Part shown: positions 1 to 11,010 of the stretch, piece after piece
Layout: each line of letters starts with the position of its first letter
Numbering within the stretch: the first letter of the stretch is position 1
NCBI GenBank assembly: GCA_010356995.1
Contig: ML996708.1
Coordinates: forward strand, 434,001 to 464,445
Length of the DNA stretch: 30,445 nucleotides
Direction: 5' to 3'
Source of the DNA: Trichodelitschia bisporula
Lineage: Eukaryota
Notes under the pieces: model-generated
The model's input: the letters and a program-made list of their open reading frames with translations, nothing else
What the model was told of the DNA's origin: nothing
Databases searched by the model: none
Program-made: the position numbers and the translations under genes

Positions 1-1617
1 TCTCTGCGATTTCTTGGTCCTCGTCCAGGGGTGATTCGGCCATTTCTTGGACTGTGAGCAGAATCTGCGTGAAGCAGCGCATGCCTGCGGCGAGAGGTTT
101 CCAGGACTTGTCGTCTTGGTACCGCTGCATGAAGCGGTTCAGTAGAACGAAGGTCTCCTGGTTGAGGACCGTAGCGACTAGGCCAAAGCTCTCGTCCATG
201 GCATTGGCGAGGTCGGCTCCGCTCTTGCGCTTCGCTTCGCGGCTCTGCTTTATGCGGGCGCGGCGTGCGTGTTCAGCACGGAGGAACCAGGCAATAAGGT
301 AGAAGTACTGCATGGGATGGGTTTCCAAAAGCACTCGGTCGTCTTCTCGCTCCAAGGTTTTTCTCAGGTGCGTGAAGAGAGGATTGAAGGAGGAATCGAG
401 GAATTCCTCCACGAACCGCCGAAGATGGCGCCGAGCCGATGAGTCCAGCGTAGTAGCCTTGTCAAACTCAAGGGCCTCCTTCTCCACCACAATCTTGCCA
501 CGGTTTTGCGGTTTGTTCCACTTTTTGCTCTTGTCCATCTGCTCGTAGCCCTGTTCCGGTCCAGCAAGTGCTGCTTGCCCGCTGACGGATGCCATTTGCC
601 CGTCGCCCTTCTTGATCCACATCATTGTACCGAATCGGTTGTGCCTTGTAGGGGCATGGCGAGACTGGCTGGCAAGCATGGCTTTCTCCTTCTGCATCAG
701 CTCGCGGAGCTCGTTTGAGCGATGGTTGACGAGGGTCTGTTCCTCCATGAATAGCTTTTCTGGATCGACACCCTTGACGAGATGGAAGAGGATCTCCAGG
801 ACGGTCACATCCTGAATGGAAAATTCGTCACCCATGCTGGAGGACATGGCAAGGAGCAGTTGGAAGATGTCCTGGGAGTGAAAAGCCTCGACGACAACGG
901 AGCGCGCAATTTCCGACTCCTCTCCATTACTCGGTAAGTCCTTGGGCTGCTCTATCATTGTGGCGTTTCGGAGGAAGAAGAGGAGCAGGCGTATGATGCC
1001 GTCGTCACGGTCGCTCCGCTCGTTGCGGGGTACCGCCATGGACGGCAAGGCGATTCTAGCAGCAGTCCGCAGTATTTTGGCAGTATCATGGTGTAGGATT
1101 GCTCTCTTGTATTCGACTTGAGCGAGTTTGAGGTACGGGAGATGGCGATGGTGGTTCGTCTTCATTTGGTCGTCCTCGATTTCGAAGGGCCAGGTGAGAG
1201 GCACCATAAGTTCCACTTCGACAGTCAGTATCCTCGCCTTTGTGTACCTGGATCCACCTACAGCAAGCCAGCGCAATCTTGGACTTCAATCTGTCCTCCG
1301 TCTTAGCCTCCGGCCACCCCGCTAGTATCTCCAGCAAGTCGCCCTTGAGTAGGTTGGACTCCGCGAGCACCCGCTGCACGTCGAGCCGGTTGAGCTTCTG
1401 GTCATAAAATCTGATCCATCTTCGCAAGTCTTTCAAACAGGCCAAGGCGTCGTCACCGAGAACATATCGGCCATGCTCCTCGATACTAGTTCCACCGAGC
1501 TGCGGGGATCAGCAAACGTCTAGGAATGAGAGCAAAACGTACAGCAGTGACCAGGCTGGTGACATAAGCTCGCACCTCTGGGTCTACGACCTGAGGAGTA
1601 AGCTCATCAAGATCCAT
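1..1617 (-). CDS. TOF1: Topoisomerase 1-associated factor 1 (Tof1/Swi1/Timeless), 5' portion; runs off the window start
   Basis: ATG at 1617. Exons 1617-1543, 1499-1262 and 1215-<1; introns 1500-1542 and 1216-1261 (GT..AG). Spliced protein MDLDELTPQVVDPEVRAYVTSLVTALGG..YVLGDDALACLKDLRRWIRFYD..IALACLELMVPLTWP..ILLTVQEMAESPLDEDQEIAE matches the fungal Timeless N-terminal domain. The frame at the window edge matches the frame at the start of exon 3. Confidence 0.93.
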
Positions 1618-1693
1618 GATGACTCAGTGTAAATTCGTCGCAGCGTCGAACTCAATCCATCGTCAACGGGCCTGCGATATTGGTTTTCCAAGA

Positions 1694-1738
1694 CACGAAA
1701 CGCGCAGACGCGTGTTCCCTGTCCGCGCGCCAACGCGT
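1694..1738. promoter_or_regulatory. MCB/SCB-like G1/S cell-cycle element cluster in the TOF1 / dehydrogenase divergent promoter
   Basis: CACGAAA at 1694-1700, ACGCG at 1700-1704, and ACGCGT at 1708-1713 and 1733-1738, about 80-120 bp upstream of the TOF1 ATG. Confidence 0.6.
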
Positions 1739-1918
1739 CTCGGCTTGCGCCGGGCTTCGGTGGCATCCCTGCATCCGAGCAAACCCCGCTCGGGCCGAAC
1801 CTCCTTCAGATGTGATCGTCATTGCCGGCTTCCACTGCATTTCGCGTTCGTCCGAATACTAAGGTAGCCACTCCTTCTGAATCCCCGCCCTTTCTTGTTG
1901 CCCTTAATTCGCCCCAAA

Positions 1919-3021
1919 ATGTCCTTCTCACGTTCCTCCAGCCGCCTCGCCGGCCAATGCTTGCGTCAGCAATGCCGCCAGTTCAGCGCAACTCCCGGTG
2001 CGAGGGCTGCGAACGTTAAGTCCTTGGGCGTTATCGGGGCGGGGCAAATGGTGAGCTATCCTTTCACTCTCTTTCCGAGCGCCGTTAACTTTCTTAGGGC
2101 CTTGGAATCGCTCTAGTCGCAGCGCAGAGGGCGAAGGTGCCCGTGCGGCTCATTGATAATTCCCAGGCCTCGTTGGACAAGGGATTGAAGTTCGCCGGTA
2201 CGACTGCTCCTTCGTTATCTACCAATGCTTATTTAGCCGATAGACAAGCTCTTGGAAAAAGATGTTGCGAAGCAGCGGATAACACAAGATGAGGCGACGG
2301 AGGCCAGGAGTCGCTTGACCTCAAGCACAAAAATCGAGGACCTCAATGACGTCGACTTTGTCATTGAGGCTGTGCCTGTGCGTCCCTCCTTCCGTACATC
2401 TCGTCTAGCCCTAATGTGCTCCAGGAAATCCCCGATCTTAAGTTTAAGATCTTCTCCCAGTTGGCTCAGATCTGCCCTTCGCACACCATCCTCGCGACTA
2501 ATACATCCTCCATCCCCATAACCAAAATCGCGGCCTCCACGACGAAGGACGCTACTGACCTTTCCGCCGCCTCAAGGGTGGTCAGCACACACTTCATGAA
2601 CCCCGTTCCCATCCAAAAAGGCGTTGAGATCATCACGGCCCTGCAGACGTCTGCGGAGACTCTCGAGACGGCGATTGAGTTCTGCAAGAGGATGGGCAAG
2701 ATTCCCTCGACCAGCGCTGATACACCCGGATTCCTCGCGAACAGGATCCTTATGCCGTATATCAACGAAGCGATCATCTGCCTGGAAACAGGCATTGGCA
2801 CCAAGGAGGACATTGACAGCATCATGAAGAACGGGACTAATGTGCCCATGGGGCCGCTCACACTGGCGGACTTCATCGGACTAGATACGTGCCTGGCTAT
2901 CATGAAGGTGTTACACACAGAAACTGGTGATAGCAAATATCGGCCTTCGGTCCTTCTAGGCAAGATGGTTGACGCTGGCTGGTTGGGGAAGAAGAGTGGC
3001 AAGGGCTTCTACGATTATTGA
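1919..3021 (+). CDS. Mitochondrial 3-hydroxybutyryl-CoA / 3-hydroxyacyl-CoA dehydrogenase
   Basis: Exons 1919-2050, 2098-2197, 2244-2377 and 2425-3021. Arg/Ser-rich presequence, Rossmann motif GVIGAGQMG, and 3HCDH motifs IEAVPE, ATNTSS, HFMNPVP, PGFLANR, PMGPLTLADFIGLD and GKKSGKGFYDY. Confidence 0.93.
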
Positions 3022-4030
3022 ACGTTTTAGGTACGAATCAGATCAAATCGAGCCTTCCCCACACATTCCCCACACATCTCGAATTCATCTGTTCTCGTTC
3101 CGGTGGGTCCGGGCTCCTAAGCATACGGTAGTCAGACCCACATTCAAAGCTCGCGTAGAGCCTCTGAAGTTTAGAGCACACCCTAGGAGAGACTAATCAT
3201 GGCTAGTCCGTGTCTGATCAATCAAGGAAGATCTAGACCGGCATACATATATGCCAAAGCATCGGAACCTTTCGAGACTGGACTGCCGATAGGTGATCTT
3301 GTGCTACAGACCGCTTCAGCCATCCGCGGAGACATTTCCGGCTCGCGCTAAAGTACTGTTCGGCAGCTTCCCGAGAAAGGCTGGCAGCACGTCAAGTCAA
3401 GATTTCCCAGCCAGACGTCCACCATGACTCGCGAACAGCTGCTAGAATAAAGCATCCAACCCTGCACGTGCGTGCGTCACCCGCTGCGGTCAACGTGCCT
3501 GGATCGAGTGTGGCGCAGCGCCAGGCGGCGAGGCTTAAATCTAGTCGGTCGAACGGAGGTAAGCATTTCGGACCTTTTTCCAATCTCTGGCCCTTTGAAA
3601 GTGGAGCGAAGTATTGATCCTCGTGTAAGAGACGTCCAACCTCTCCTCAGCCACAGCACTCTGGTTGATGGGCCTTCTGGGCCAGATCAGTATCAATTTG
3701 GCTACGGAAAGGGCTGACCGGCATGCCGGTTCTGCAGTCACGACTCTCATTCCCAAAGCAAGGTTATCCTCAGTGATGCTGAAGCTGAACTTGTTATACT
3801 CGATCCGAGACCTCCATTCCAAATCGTTAAGTCTAGGTACTAACGATGCACTCTCCATATCAGAGAGGCAACATCATACAGGGAGCGCATTGACGCATCG
3901 AAAGAACCTGGACAGGAGAAGGCGGCGAACGTCTCCCGAAGGACAATTGTTTGATGGTAGAACTAAAGGGTGCACGAATAGGAGTGGCCTGTTGTCGGAC
4001 GGTTACTTTTGAGCTAACTACCGGTAGTTC

Positions 4031-4602
4031 TACCCCGGACCCCAGGTTCCCCCAGTTTCCCCGCAGCTTGGCGGTATCGCGTAGTCCTCCCTAGCTCAAC
4101 ACCACGTCGTCCATGCAACTTCGGATTTCGAGTGGAAGAAATTCACCGAGATTTGATAGACTTCCGGGTTGGTGAGGGTTTACCAGCATGCAGCAAGTCA
4201 TCCTTACCCTTGACAGACGACCAGCATCTCCTCAGCCTCTAACCATCTACATTAGCGACTCGACATAATCTGATCCCAGCAACAAGCTAGAGTAGGACCG
4301 AGAGTCGGAGATGTTACCCCGGAATCTTGCCTTGGTATGCCCGGCGTCTGGAGAAAGCGCGCGCTAGACCGATATCCTAACTCTAAAGCTGACAAGCTGG
4401 CAAGCTACCGGTCCCGTACGCGCGGGCAGACGCGCATCCGTAGAGTAGAGACTTCCACCCGCCACTCGGCCACTCAAGTCTGGAGCTACAGTAGCACCGT
4501 GTCGCCGAAATCTGGGCCCATAAACGCGCACTGTGGATCTATGAACTGGGCTATTTGCACGGAGAGTTACGCATTGGCCTCCCTACGCTGGTCTACCCCG
4601 GA
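4031..4602. promoter_or_regulatory. Clustered CreA/Mig1-type (SYGGRG) sites upstream of the MFS transporter
   Basis: Four tandem reverse-strand SYGGRG matches at 4033-4038, 4040-4045, 4050-4055 and 4059-4064. The 9-mer TACCCCGGA occurs at 4031, 4315 and 4594. Confidence 0.5.
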
Positions 4603-4834
4603 TGATCTCCATTCTAGATCGCATTAGCACGCCCCTGGTTCGCGCCCTGCCTTCCATACTCACGGGTTTCCTTACCCGTCAGCATGTTGAGGCAAGTCGT
4701 ATGCTGATCAGCTTGGAAGCAAGCCTAGCAGATGGAAACATAAGGTAGCAGCTTTGTGCTGCTTTGGAAGGCAAGCGGCTCAGTTTCCTGCTTCATTGAT
4801 ACCCCTTCCTATTCCCTTTTTTTGGGTAGTCGCA

Positions 4835-6899
4835 ATGTCAGACAAGGGTTCAGACCAGAAGCATCCGCTTCCGGAGCATCACCATGAGAAGCAGCAGCTT
4901 CCGGAGCATCACAATGAGAAGCAATATGTGGAGAGAGTGGATCACGTTAGTGACGGTGATGTTCACGTTGTGAAGGTTACCCACGCCGATGGAGTGGTAG
5001 ATTTCGTGGATGCGCATGCCGTCGGAGGTAGCTATGAGGATATGCCCAAGGGCTATTTCACCAGTTACCAGTTCATCGGTACCATGTTGGTACGTTTTCC
5101 ATCTCCACTGATAGTCAAATGCTGACTCTTTCAGGCAGCATCTTTCGCCGCCATCTGCTCATACCTAGGCTGGGTCCTTCCCGCCAACACACTGTGGGTT
5201 GCCTGGTTTATATCTAATGCGCAAGGCTAACATGCGCAGGATGCTCATCAATGCAGACATTGGACCTGACCCCAACATCGGCTGGGTTGCCACATGTTGG
5301 ACACTCGGCTGCTCTGTTGGATTCTTGCTGGTCGGCCGTTTGAGTGACATCTTTGGCCGCAAGTGGATGGTTTTAGGTACCCAGGTTCTCAGTACCGTTG
5401 CCATGATATTGGGTGCCACCGCACACTCCATCAATCAGCTCATTGCCGCCACGTTGCTCAACGGCCTAGCTTCAGCCGGCCAGCTGTCACACGGAATAAT
5501 TATCGGCGAGCTGGTACCGAACAAGCTGAGAGGTCCGGCAATTACACTCGTGTTCCTTGCACCCACTCCTTTCGCCGGTAAGTCTACGGTCCTACGAAGA
5601 TGCACAGTCTGACAATTTAGTCTTCGGTCCTGCTATTGCTCGTGCATTCATTCTGCACACGGGGCAGGGCTGGCGGTGGAGCTTCTACCTGGGCATCATC
5701 ACCTCGGTTGCCAGCCTCGCCCTCTACCAGTTTTGCTACCATCCGCCATCTTACAATCAGCTCCATGTACACGGCAAGACTAAGATGCAGATGTTCAAGG
5801 AGCTTGACTTTGTGGGCATTTTCCTCTTCATTGCCGGGACGGTGCTCTTCCTTATTGGTATGTCGTGGGGCGGTACAACATATCCCTGGAAGTCAGCGCA
5901 TGTTGTCAGCATGATCGTCGTGGGCGGTGTCACACTCATCGCCTTTGGTCTCTATGGTACGTTCATTCTTTTGTCCTCGTCTGCAGCAAGAGACTAACCC
6001 GCCCAGAACAATATGTCTTTAAGGGCCAAGCCCTCATGCCGCCCCGGCTCTTCAAGAACATCGGCTACGTCGCCATCGTCGTCATTGCCAGCATCGGCGC
6101 CATGATCTACTACAGCCTAACCGTTCTCGCGCCCACCATGATCGGTGCGATCTGGACAACCGACGTCATGGAAATCGGCCTCCAGTGCTCCTTCGTCGGC
6201 GGCGGTATCCTACTAGGCCAAATCCTGGCGGGCTTCGGCATCTCCTACATCCCCCTGGTCAAATGGCAAACCATCCTCGCCAGCACCCTTGCCTTCGTTT
6301 TCTTCACCGCCCTGGCTTCCATCTCCGAGTCTGGACACGCCTCTTTCATGGCTTTGGCTACCCTCGGCTGCATCGCCATCGGCTACGTCGACAACATATC
6401 TTTCCCCGGCGTCACCCTCGTGTTGGGGCCTGAGGACATTGGTCTTGGGACCGGCGTGCTAGGCTCAATCCGCGCGCTCGCGGGTGCCGTCGCCCAGGCG
6501 CTGTACTCCAGCGTGTTGAACAACAAGCTGAACACGTACATGCCGCAGTACGTGGCGCCGGCGGCGACGGGGGCTGGGCTTCCTGAGTCATCGCTCCCGG
6601 CCCTGTTCGCTGGTATCACGGCGGGCAACTTCAGCGGTGTGGCGGGGGCGACGGACAAGGTGCTCGCGGTGGTGGCGGCGCAGGTGAAGCACGCCTACAT
6701 TGACAGCTTCAAGATGGTGTTTTACGCGACGATTCCGTTCAGCGTGATCCTGGTCATTTCGTCGTACTGGGTGCCGAATATGGAGGAGTTCTTACATGGG
6801 AATGTTGCGCGGCGCTTGCAACAGATGGGAGACAAGGATGGCGAGGCGAAGGAGGGGGTCAGTATCTCGGCGGTTGAGAAGGAGACCAATATGGTCTAG
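4835..6899 (+). CDS. MFS transporter, fungal trichothecene efflux pump (TRI12)-like family
   Basis: Exons 4835-5089, 5135-5193, 5240-5577, 5621-5956 and 6007-6899. MFS motif A (VGRLSDIFGRKW), plus INADIGP, GELVPNKLRG, GWRWSFYLG, YHPPSYNQLH and GTTYPWKSAHV, with many hydrophobic helices. Confidence 0.88.
4867..4923 (+). repeat. 30-nt tandem duplication encoding LPEHH(H/N)EKQ in the transporter N-terminus
   Basis: gcttccggagcatcac(c/a)atgagaagca at 4867-4893 and 4897-4923, one mismatch. Confidence 0.85.
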
Positions 6900-7339
6900 T
6901 ATGGCAAATAGTTGAGTCTAATGGCCATCACTGTGTCTCAATTATGTGTAACGGTATCTTAATAGGAGCCTATGTGCTCTTTCAGTTCTTTCAGCCACTC
7001 CGGATATTCATCTGCCATGATTCCCATGCTGTACCGGGAAACTCAGGCGGAAGAATCGACCGGGAGCACGTATACTACCGATCACCAGTAGTTTCACAGT
7101 ATACTCATCACCGTCCGTCGCAAATCTCACATTCAGTGGCACATTCATTGGGAGGGAAGCCTTGTCATTATTATTTTGCCATCCTGGCCGAACTCTTGAA
7201 CTCGACTCCAAGGGGACTTACGTGCAACTTACCTGCCATGGCACTATCCAACCCATCCGAAGACCGCGCCAAATCGACACCTAAGCATTGTTAGCGGGGC
7301 AGTCACTCGCCTTTAGTGACCGGACCAGTCGCAGACTGG

Positions 7340-9133
7340 CTACTTCTTCTTGCCAAAGAGCCGCTCCACCTTCTTTCTCACCAGATTCTTCCTCTTATCG
7401 CCATCGTCTTCGATATCAGCATCCTCCTCAGGATCGCTCCCAAACTCGCTAAACGCCGAATTACCCAGCTCCGTAGCCTCCGCAATGGTCTTTTTCCATT
7501 CATCATGGCGAGCCTTCCGCTCCCTCAGCCTCGCATCCACTTCCTCATGACCGAGGAACCGGCGCGGATCAAGGTCAACCGGATCGACGGGCTTGTCCTC
7601 GATAAACGAGGAGCGCAGATTCTGGCTCTTCATCCGCCTGACTGACCGCTCCGACCGCTCTGAGTCCGACCGAGGCGAACCGTAGACCGCTTCTGCCTCG
7701 CGCGTGCCCGGGATTGGAGGACGGATGCTGGCTTCGATGCGAATAGGCCGAGAGTCAGTCGGGGCTGAGCCAGTTACATCTAACGAGCCTGAAGCGCGGT
7801 GCGGACGCGAAGGACGAGGAGGTCTAGAGGAGCTGCTCGCGCGCTTATCGGACCTATCCACGCGGCGGTCCGTCGGCGCCGAGCCAGTGACATCCGCTGA
7901 GGATGAAGGACGAGGGGGACGCGAAGGAGAACGACGAGGACGCGAAGGGGAAGAACGGGGAGGACGCGAAGGGGGAGAACGGGGAGGACGCGAAGGACGA
8001 GGAGGCCCACCGGAGCTGCTCGCCCGCCGATCGGCCTCCATCCGGCTAGGCCTCGACTCGGTCGGGGCTGAGCCAGTTACATACGGCAAGCCCAAATCCC
8101 GGTGCGGACGCGAAGGACGAGGAGGCCCACCAGAGCTGCTCGCCCGCGCATCGGACCTATCCGCGCGATACCGGGAAGGAGCACCAGACGTCGGGCCACT
8201 AGAGCTCGCAACGCGGCCCTCCCTCGAATCACGGTCCTCACCCGATGCCTTACCCGCCATATACCGCCTGTACCTCGCCTTCCCCTCGGCATCCATAGCA
8301 TTGTACCGAGCGCGGTGCTCGTCACCAAAGCCCATCTTACCAACAACCTCGCGAGCCTTAGCCTGACCCGGATCCTCCCCGCGACTCTCCGCCCTGGGAC
8401 GGTGAGTAGCGTGGCGGGGCATGATATCGCGCTTAGCGACTGGAGCCGAGCGTGTAGGGGTTGGGGCCAGGGGCTCTTCGTCTGGGAATTCGCGGGCCGG
8501 GGGGCCGATGTGTGTATGCTGCTTGTGGGCGCCGGGGAGCTTTTCGCAGTCCTGTTTCGCGCGCTCGAGCGCACGCTGCTGGAAATGGCGCCAGCGCGGC
8601 GAGTCGGGGAGTAAAGATCTGTCGGTGCCGTGGCTGCCGATGCGGAGTTCGTGATTTTCCTTGTTCCCGGTAGGTGCGGGGAGCCGGGTGACCGGGCATC
8701 TCCACATCCGGGAGTCGACCTCTTCGAGAGGGGGTTCGGCAAGGGGAGGCGCGTCCGGGGTGAGAGGGGAGACCGGGCTACCCAGGGGCGACATCGGCCC
8801 GCTGGGATACCGGTGTTCATATGGGGATGATTGCTCGATCGGACTGGGGGCGGCTGCGTGAGCCTCGTCCGGTGTGATGTCAAGGTCCGGTGGAGAACGG
8901 CGCTCGCGGCGCCTAGGGGCGAGCTCTACGCGAGGGCGGCGGCCAGGGATGAAGGTCGAAGACATACCGGTCGGCGACCCCGACCCCGAAGGTTCGGCGC
9001 CGGGGTACATGGAGAGGGGCAGGCCCTCGTACAGACCGCTTGCGGTCGGGGGGCTCGGGGTGGAGTTCGGAGTTAGTGAAGACACCCGTCGAGGATACGG
9101 CCGGCTCATGTCGGATTTGCGCGGCGGTGTCAT
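7340..9133 (-). CDS. Hypothetical 597-aa Pro/Arg/Ser-rich, probably disordered protein with internal repeats
   Basis: Uninterrupted 1794-nt ORF with an AAAATG start context, filling the space between two genes. In-frame internal repeats are preserved. No recognisable domain. Confidence 0.65.
   Translation of the reverse strand: MTPPRKSDMSRPYPRRVSSLTPNSTPSPPTASGLYEGLPLSMYPGAEPSGSGSPTGMSSTFIPGRRPRVELAPRRRERRSPPDLDITPDEAHAAAPSPIEQSSPYEHRYPSGPMSPLGSPVSPLTPDAPPLAEPPLEEVDSRMWRCPVTRLPAPTGNKENHELRIGSHGTDRSLLPDSPRWRHFQQRALERAKQDCEKLPGAHKQHTHIGPPAREFPDEEPLAPTPTRSAPVAKRDIMPRHATHRPRAESRGEDPGQAKAREVVGKMGFGDEHRARYNAMDAEGKARYRRYMAGKASGEDRDSREGRVASSSGPTSGAPSRYRADRSDARASSSGGPPRPSRPHRDLGLPYVTGSAPTESRPSRMEADRRASSSGGPPRPSRPPRSPPSRPPRSSPSRPRRSPSRPPRPSSSADVTGSAPTDRRVDRSDKRASSSSRPPRPSRPHRASGSLDVTGSAPTDSRPIRIEASIRPPIPGTREAEAVYGSPRSDSERSERSVRRMKSQNLRSSFIEDKPVDPVDLDPRRFLGHEEVDARLRERKARHDEWKKTIAEATELGNSAFSEFGSDPEEDADIEDDGDKRKNLVRKKVERLFGKKK
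7731..8147 (-). repeat. Three degenerate ~120-180 nt coding repeats with a nested ~21-24 nt minisatellite
   Basis: Unit RASSS(G/S)(G/R)PPRPSRP...VTGSAPT(E/D) occurs three times. Nested ggacgcgaagg-based repeats at about 7916-8000 encode PSRPPRS units. Confidence 0.85.
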
Positions 9134-9636
9134 TTTGCAAAGATAGGCTCGTGAAGTGAGGTCTGGAAGATAAACCTGCGGATTATGTTGGGAAGTTAAC
9201 TTGCGGGGTTACCTCAGAAAGATAACTTGCGATGTAATCTTCGAGGAGGTTGTGGCGAGCAGAGGAAACATCCATTTTGGGGGAAGGGAACCCCTTTTTA
9301 TTTGGGATGTGTGGGCAGTTTGTGAATTGGGACCGCTGGATGTGAGTATACAAGTGTGAGAGACTTGTTCAGTACAATGAGGGTAGGGGTCATGGAAGTG
9401 AGGGATATCGATATGCCCTTGATGAACAAAGGAAGCGTGCTGGCAGGAAGAACAATAGGTAACAAGGAAGCTCAAGTAGTGAAAGGGATGATGTGGCATC
9501 GGTGAACCTCGACATTCGACAGAGTGTAGGCCCGGAAATAGACGGACACTATCGACGGGCAGCTGTAGATCTAGAAATGAAAAGGAAGATCTAGTCTATT
9601 GCGGGTATCAAGAACCGTCTAGATGCAAGTTACCAC

Positions 9637-10674
9637 TCACCTCCGCAACCAGGCAGGAGCTCCATCAAACACTCCGACCGGCATCACATTTCCCTTTCCG
9701 TGCCTGTAATCGAAGGCCCTCAGCAATCCAGTCAAGTGAGTAGCTGCCGCCGTCAGGACGAGAACGTGGAAGATTTGATGCGAGCTGCCCCATATGTCGA
9801 ACCGACCAGGAGCTAGGCGTTCTGGCACACGAGCGGCATATATCACAGCTCCAAGGATATAGAACATGCCCTGAGCAAGCATCCACCGGAGCGCCATGCT
9901 CTTTTCCATCTCAGCCTGGCCGAACAGCTCCAGGCCGTGGAGAACCGGGACAATGGCTGACAGTCCCATGGCTACGAACATAGCAGCGCGGAACGGGCGC
10001 CATTTCGGCGTGCGAAACTGTGGCGAGATGGCCACGAGGGCGGTGCCGGCACCAATAGTCGTGATCTGGCTGAGTAAGTCGAGCGTCCTCAGTGGTGGAA
10101 CGTACGTACCATCGTCCAGTACCGTCGGATCAGAGCCGGCTCGGTGCTGAAACCGTAGTAGATGCTCGGGATGAAGCTGCCCCAAATCATGAACACAATA
10201 CCCACATAGTCGAGGTGGTTTCCAAATTTGGAGACCGAGGACGAGTGGTTGCTGATGAGATGGTATGTTGCGGACATTCCCAGACAGGCGGTAGATCCAA
10301 AAAAGAAGCACGAGAAGACGGCAACATCTTCGAGCGTGGCCGTCTCGTATCGTGGCTTGAGGGTAAAATACAGAACCACAGATGCTATGACGGAGTATAT
10401 GGTGCCGATGAGATGGGAATAGATATTAACCGTCTCGTTGTGGATATACCGCAAGCTGCGGGCTTCGTTAGAGATCAATTGTCGTCGAGGGACGGAGTAC
10501 CACTTACCTCGCCACTGACTTGCGGTACGAGTTCGACTCTGGTCGATATCCACTAGTAATGAAGTGGTTATCTTGCTGCCACTCCTTGATCTCGTCCCAA
10601 AGGACGGTGAGACGCTCCTCTACGCCATGTTGGATATCCTCGGCCGCCTTTATGACTTGATTCGCGATTCCCAT
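9637..10674 (-). CDS. PAQR / haemolysin-III family membrane protein (IZH / adiponectin-receptor-like)
   Basis: Exons 10674-10508, 10455-10110 and 10065-9637; introns 10456-10507 and 10066-10109. Signature motifs EWQQDNHFITSGYRP, HNETVNIYSH, SATYHLISNHS, LDYVGI and PERLAPGRFDIWGSSHQIFH. Confidence 0.93.
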
Positions 10675-11010
10675 GATGATGGACAACAAAGACCGTATCA
10701 ACTCTTTCAACCCTTTCCTTCACTCAAGTTAATCAAGTGCATAGCGGCCATGGCCCTCAATAAGTATTCTCGCCTCATGTAGAATCACATGTGTCGCCGA
10801 CGAAAAAGCGTTGAGCGTCATTAGTGCAGGTCCCAACCCAGCCCTGCCCAGTCCCGAACCTGCCCCGGCCCTCACCTACGTTGGTACATGCGGCAAGTGC
10901 CCGCCATCCGGACGCACGGCCCGCGACCGTCAACACGACCAACCCCGCACCAACATCAACACTGCACCAACACCAACACTAACACCAACGATGCCCATCT
11001 AACTCACGAA

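Noticed and set aside
3022..4834. Possible transposon relic or RIP-mutated DNA in the long intergenic region (several CTAG, short ORFs)
   Set aside because: No terminal repeats, no transposase or RT motifs and no AT-rich shift. Better explained as an extended promoter.
7731..8147. Repeats as a possible CRISPR-like array
   Set aside because: Eukaryotic context, degenerate in-frame coding repeats, no unique spacers and no cas genes.
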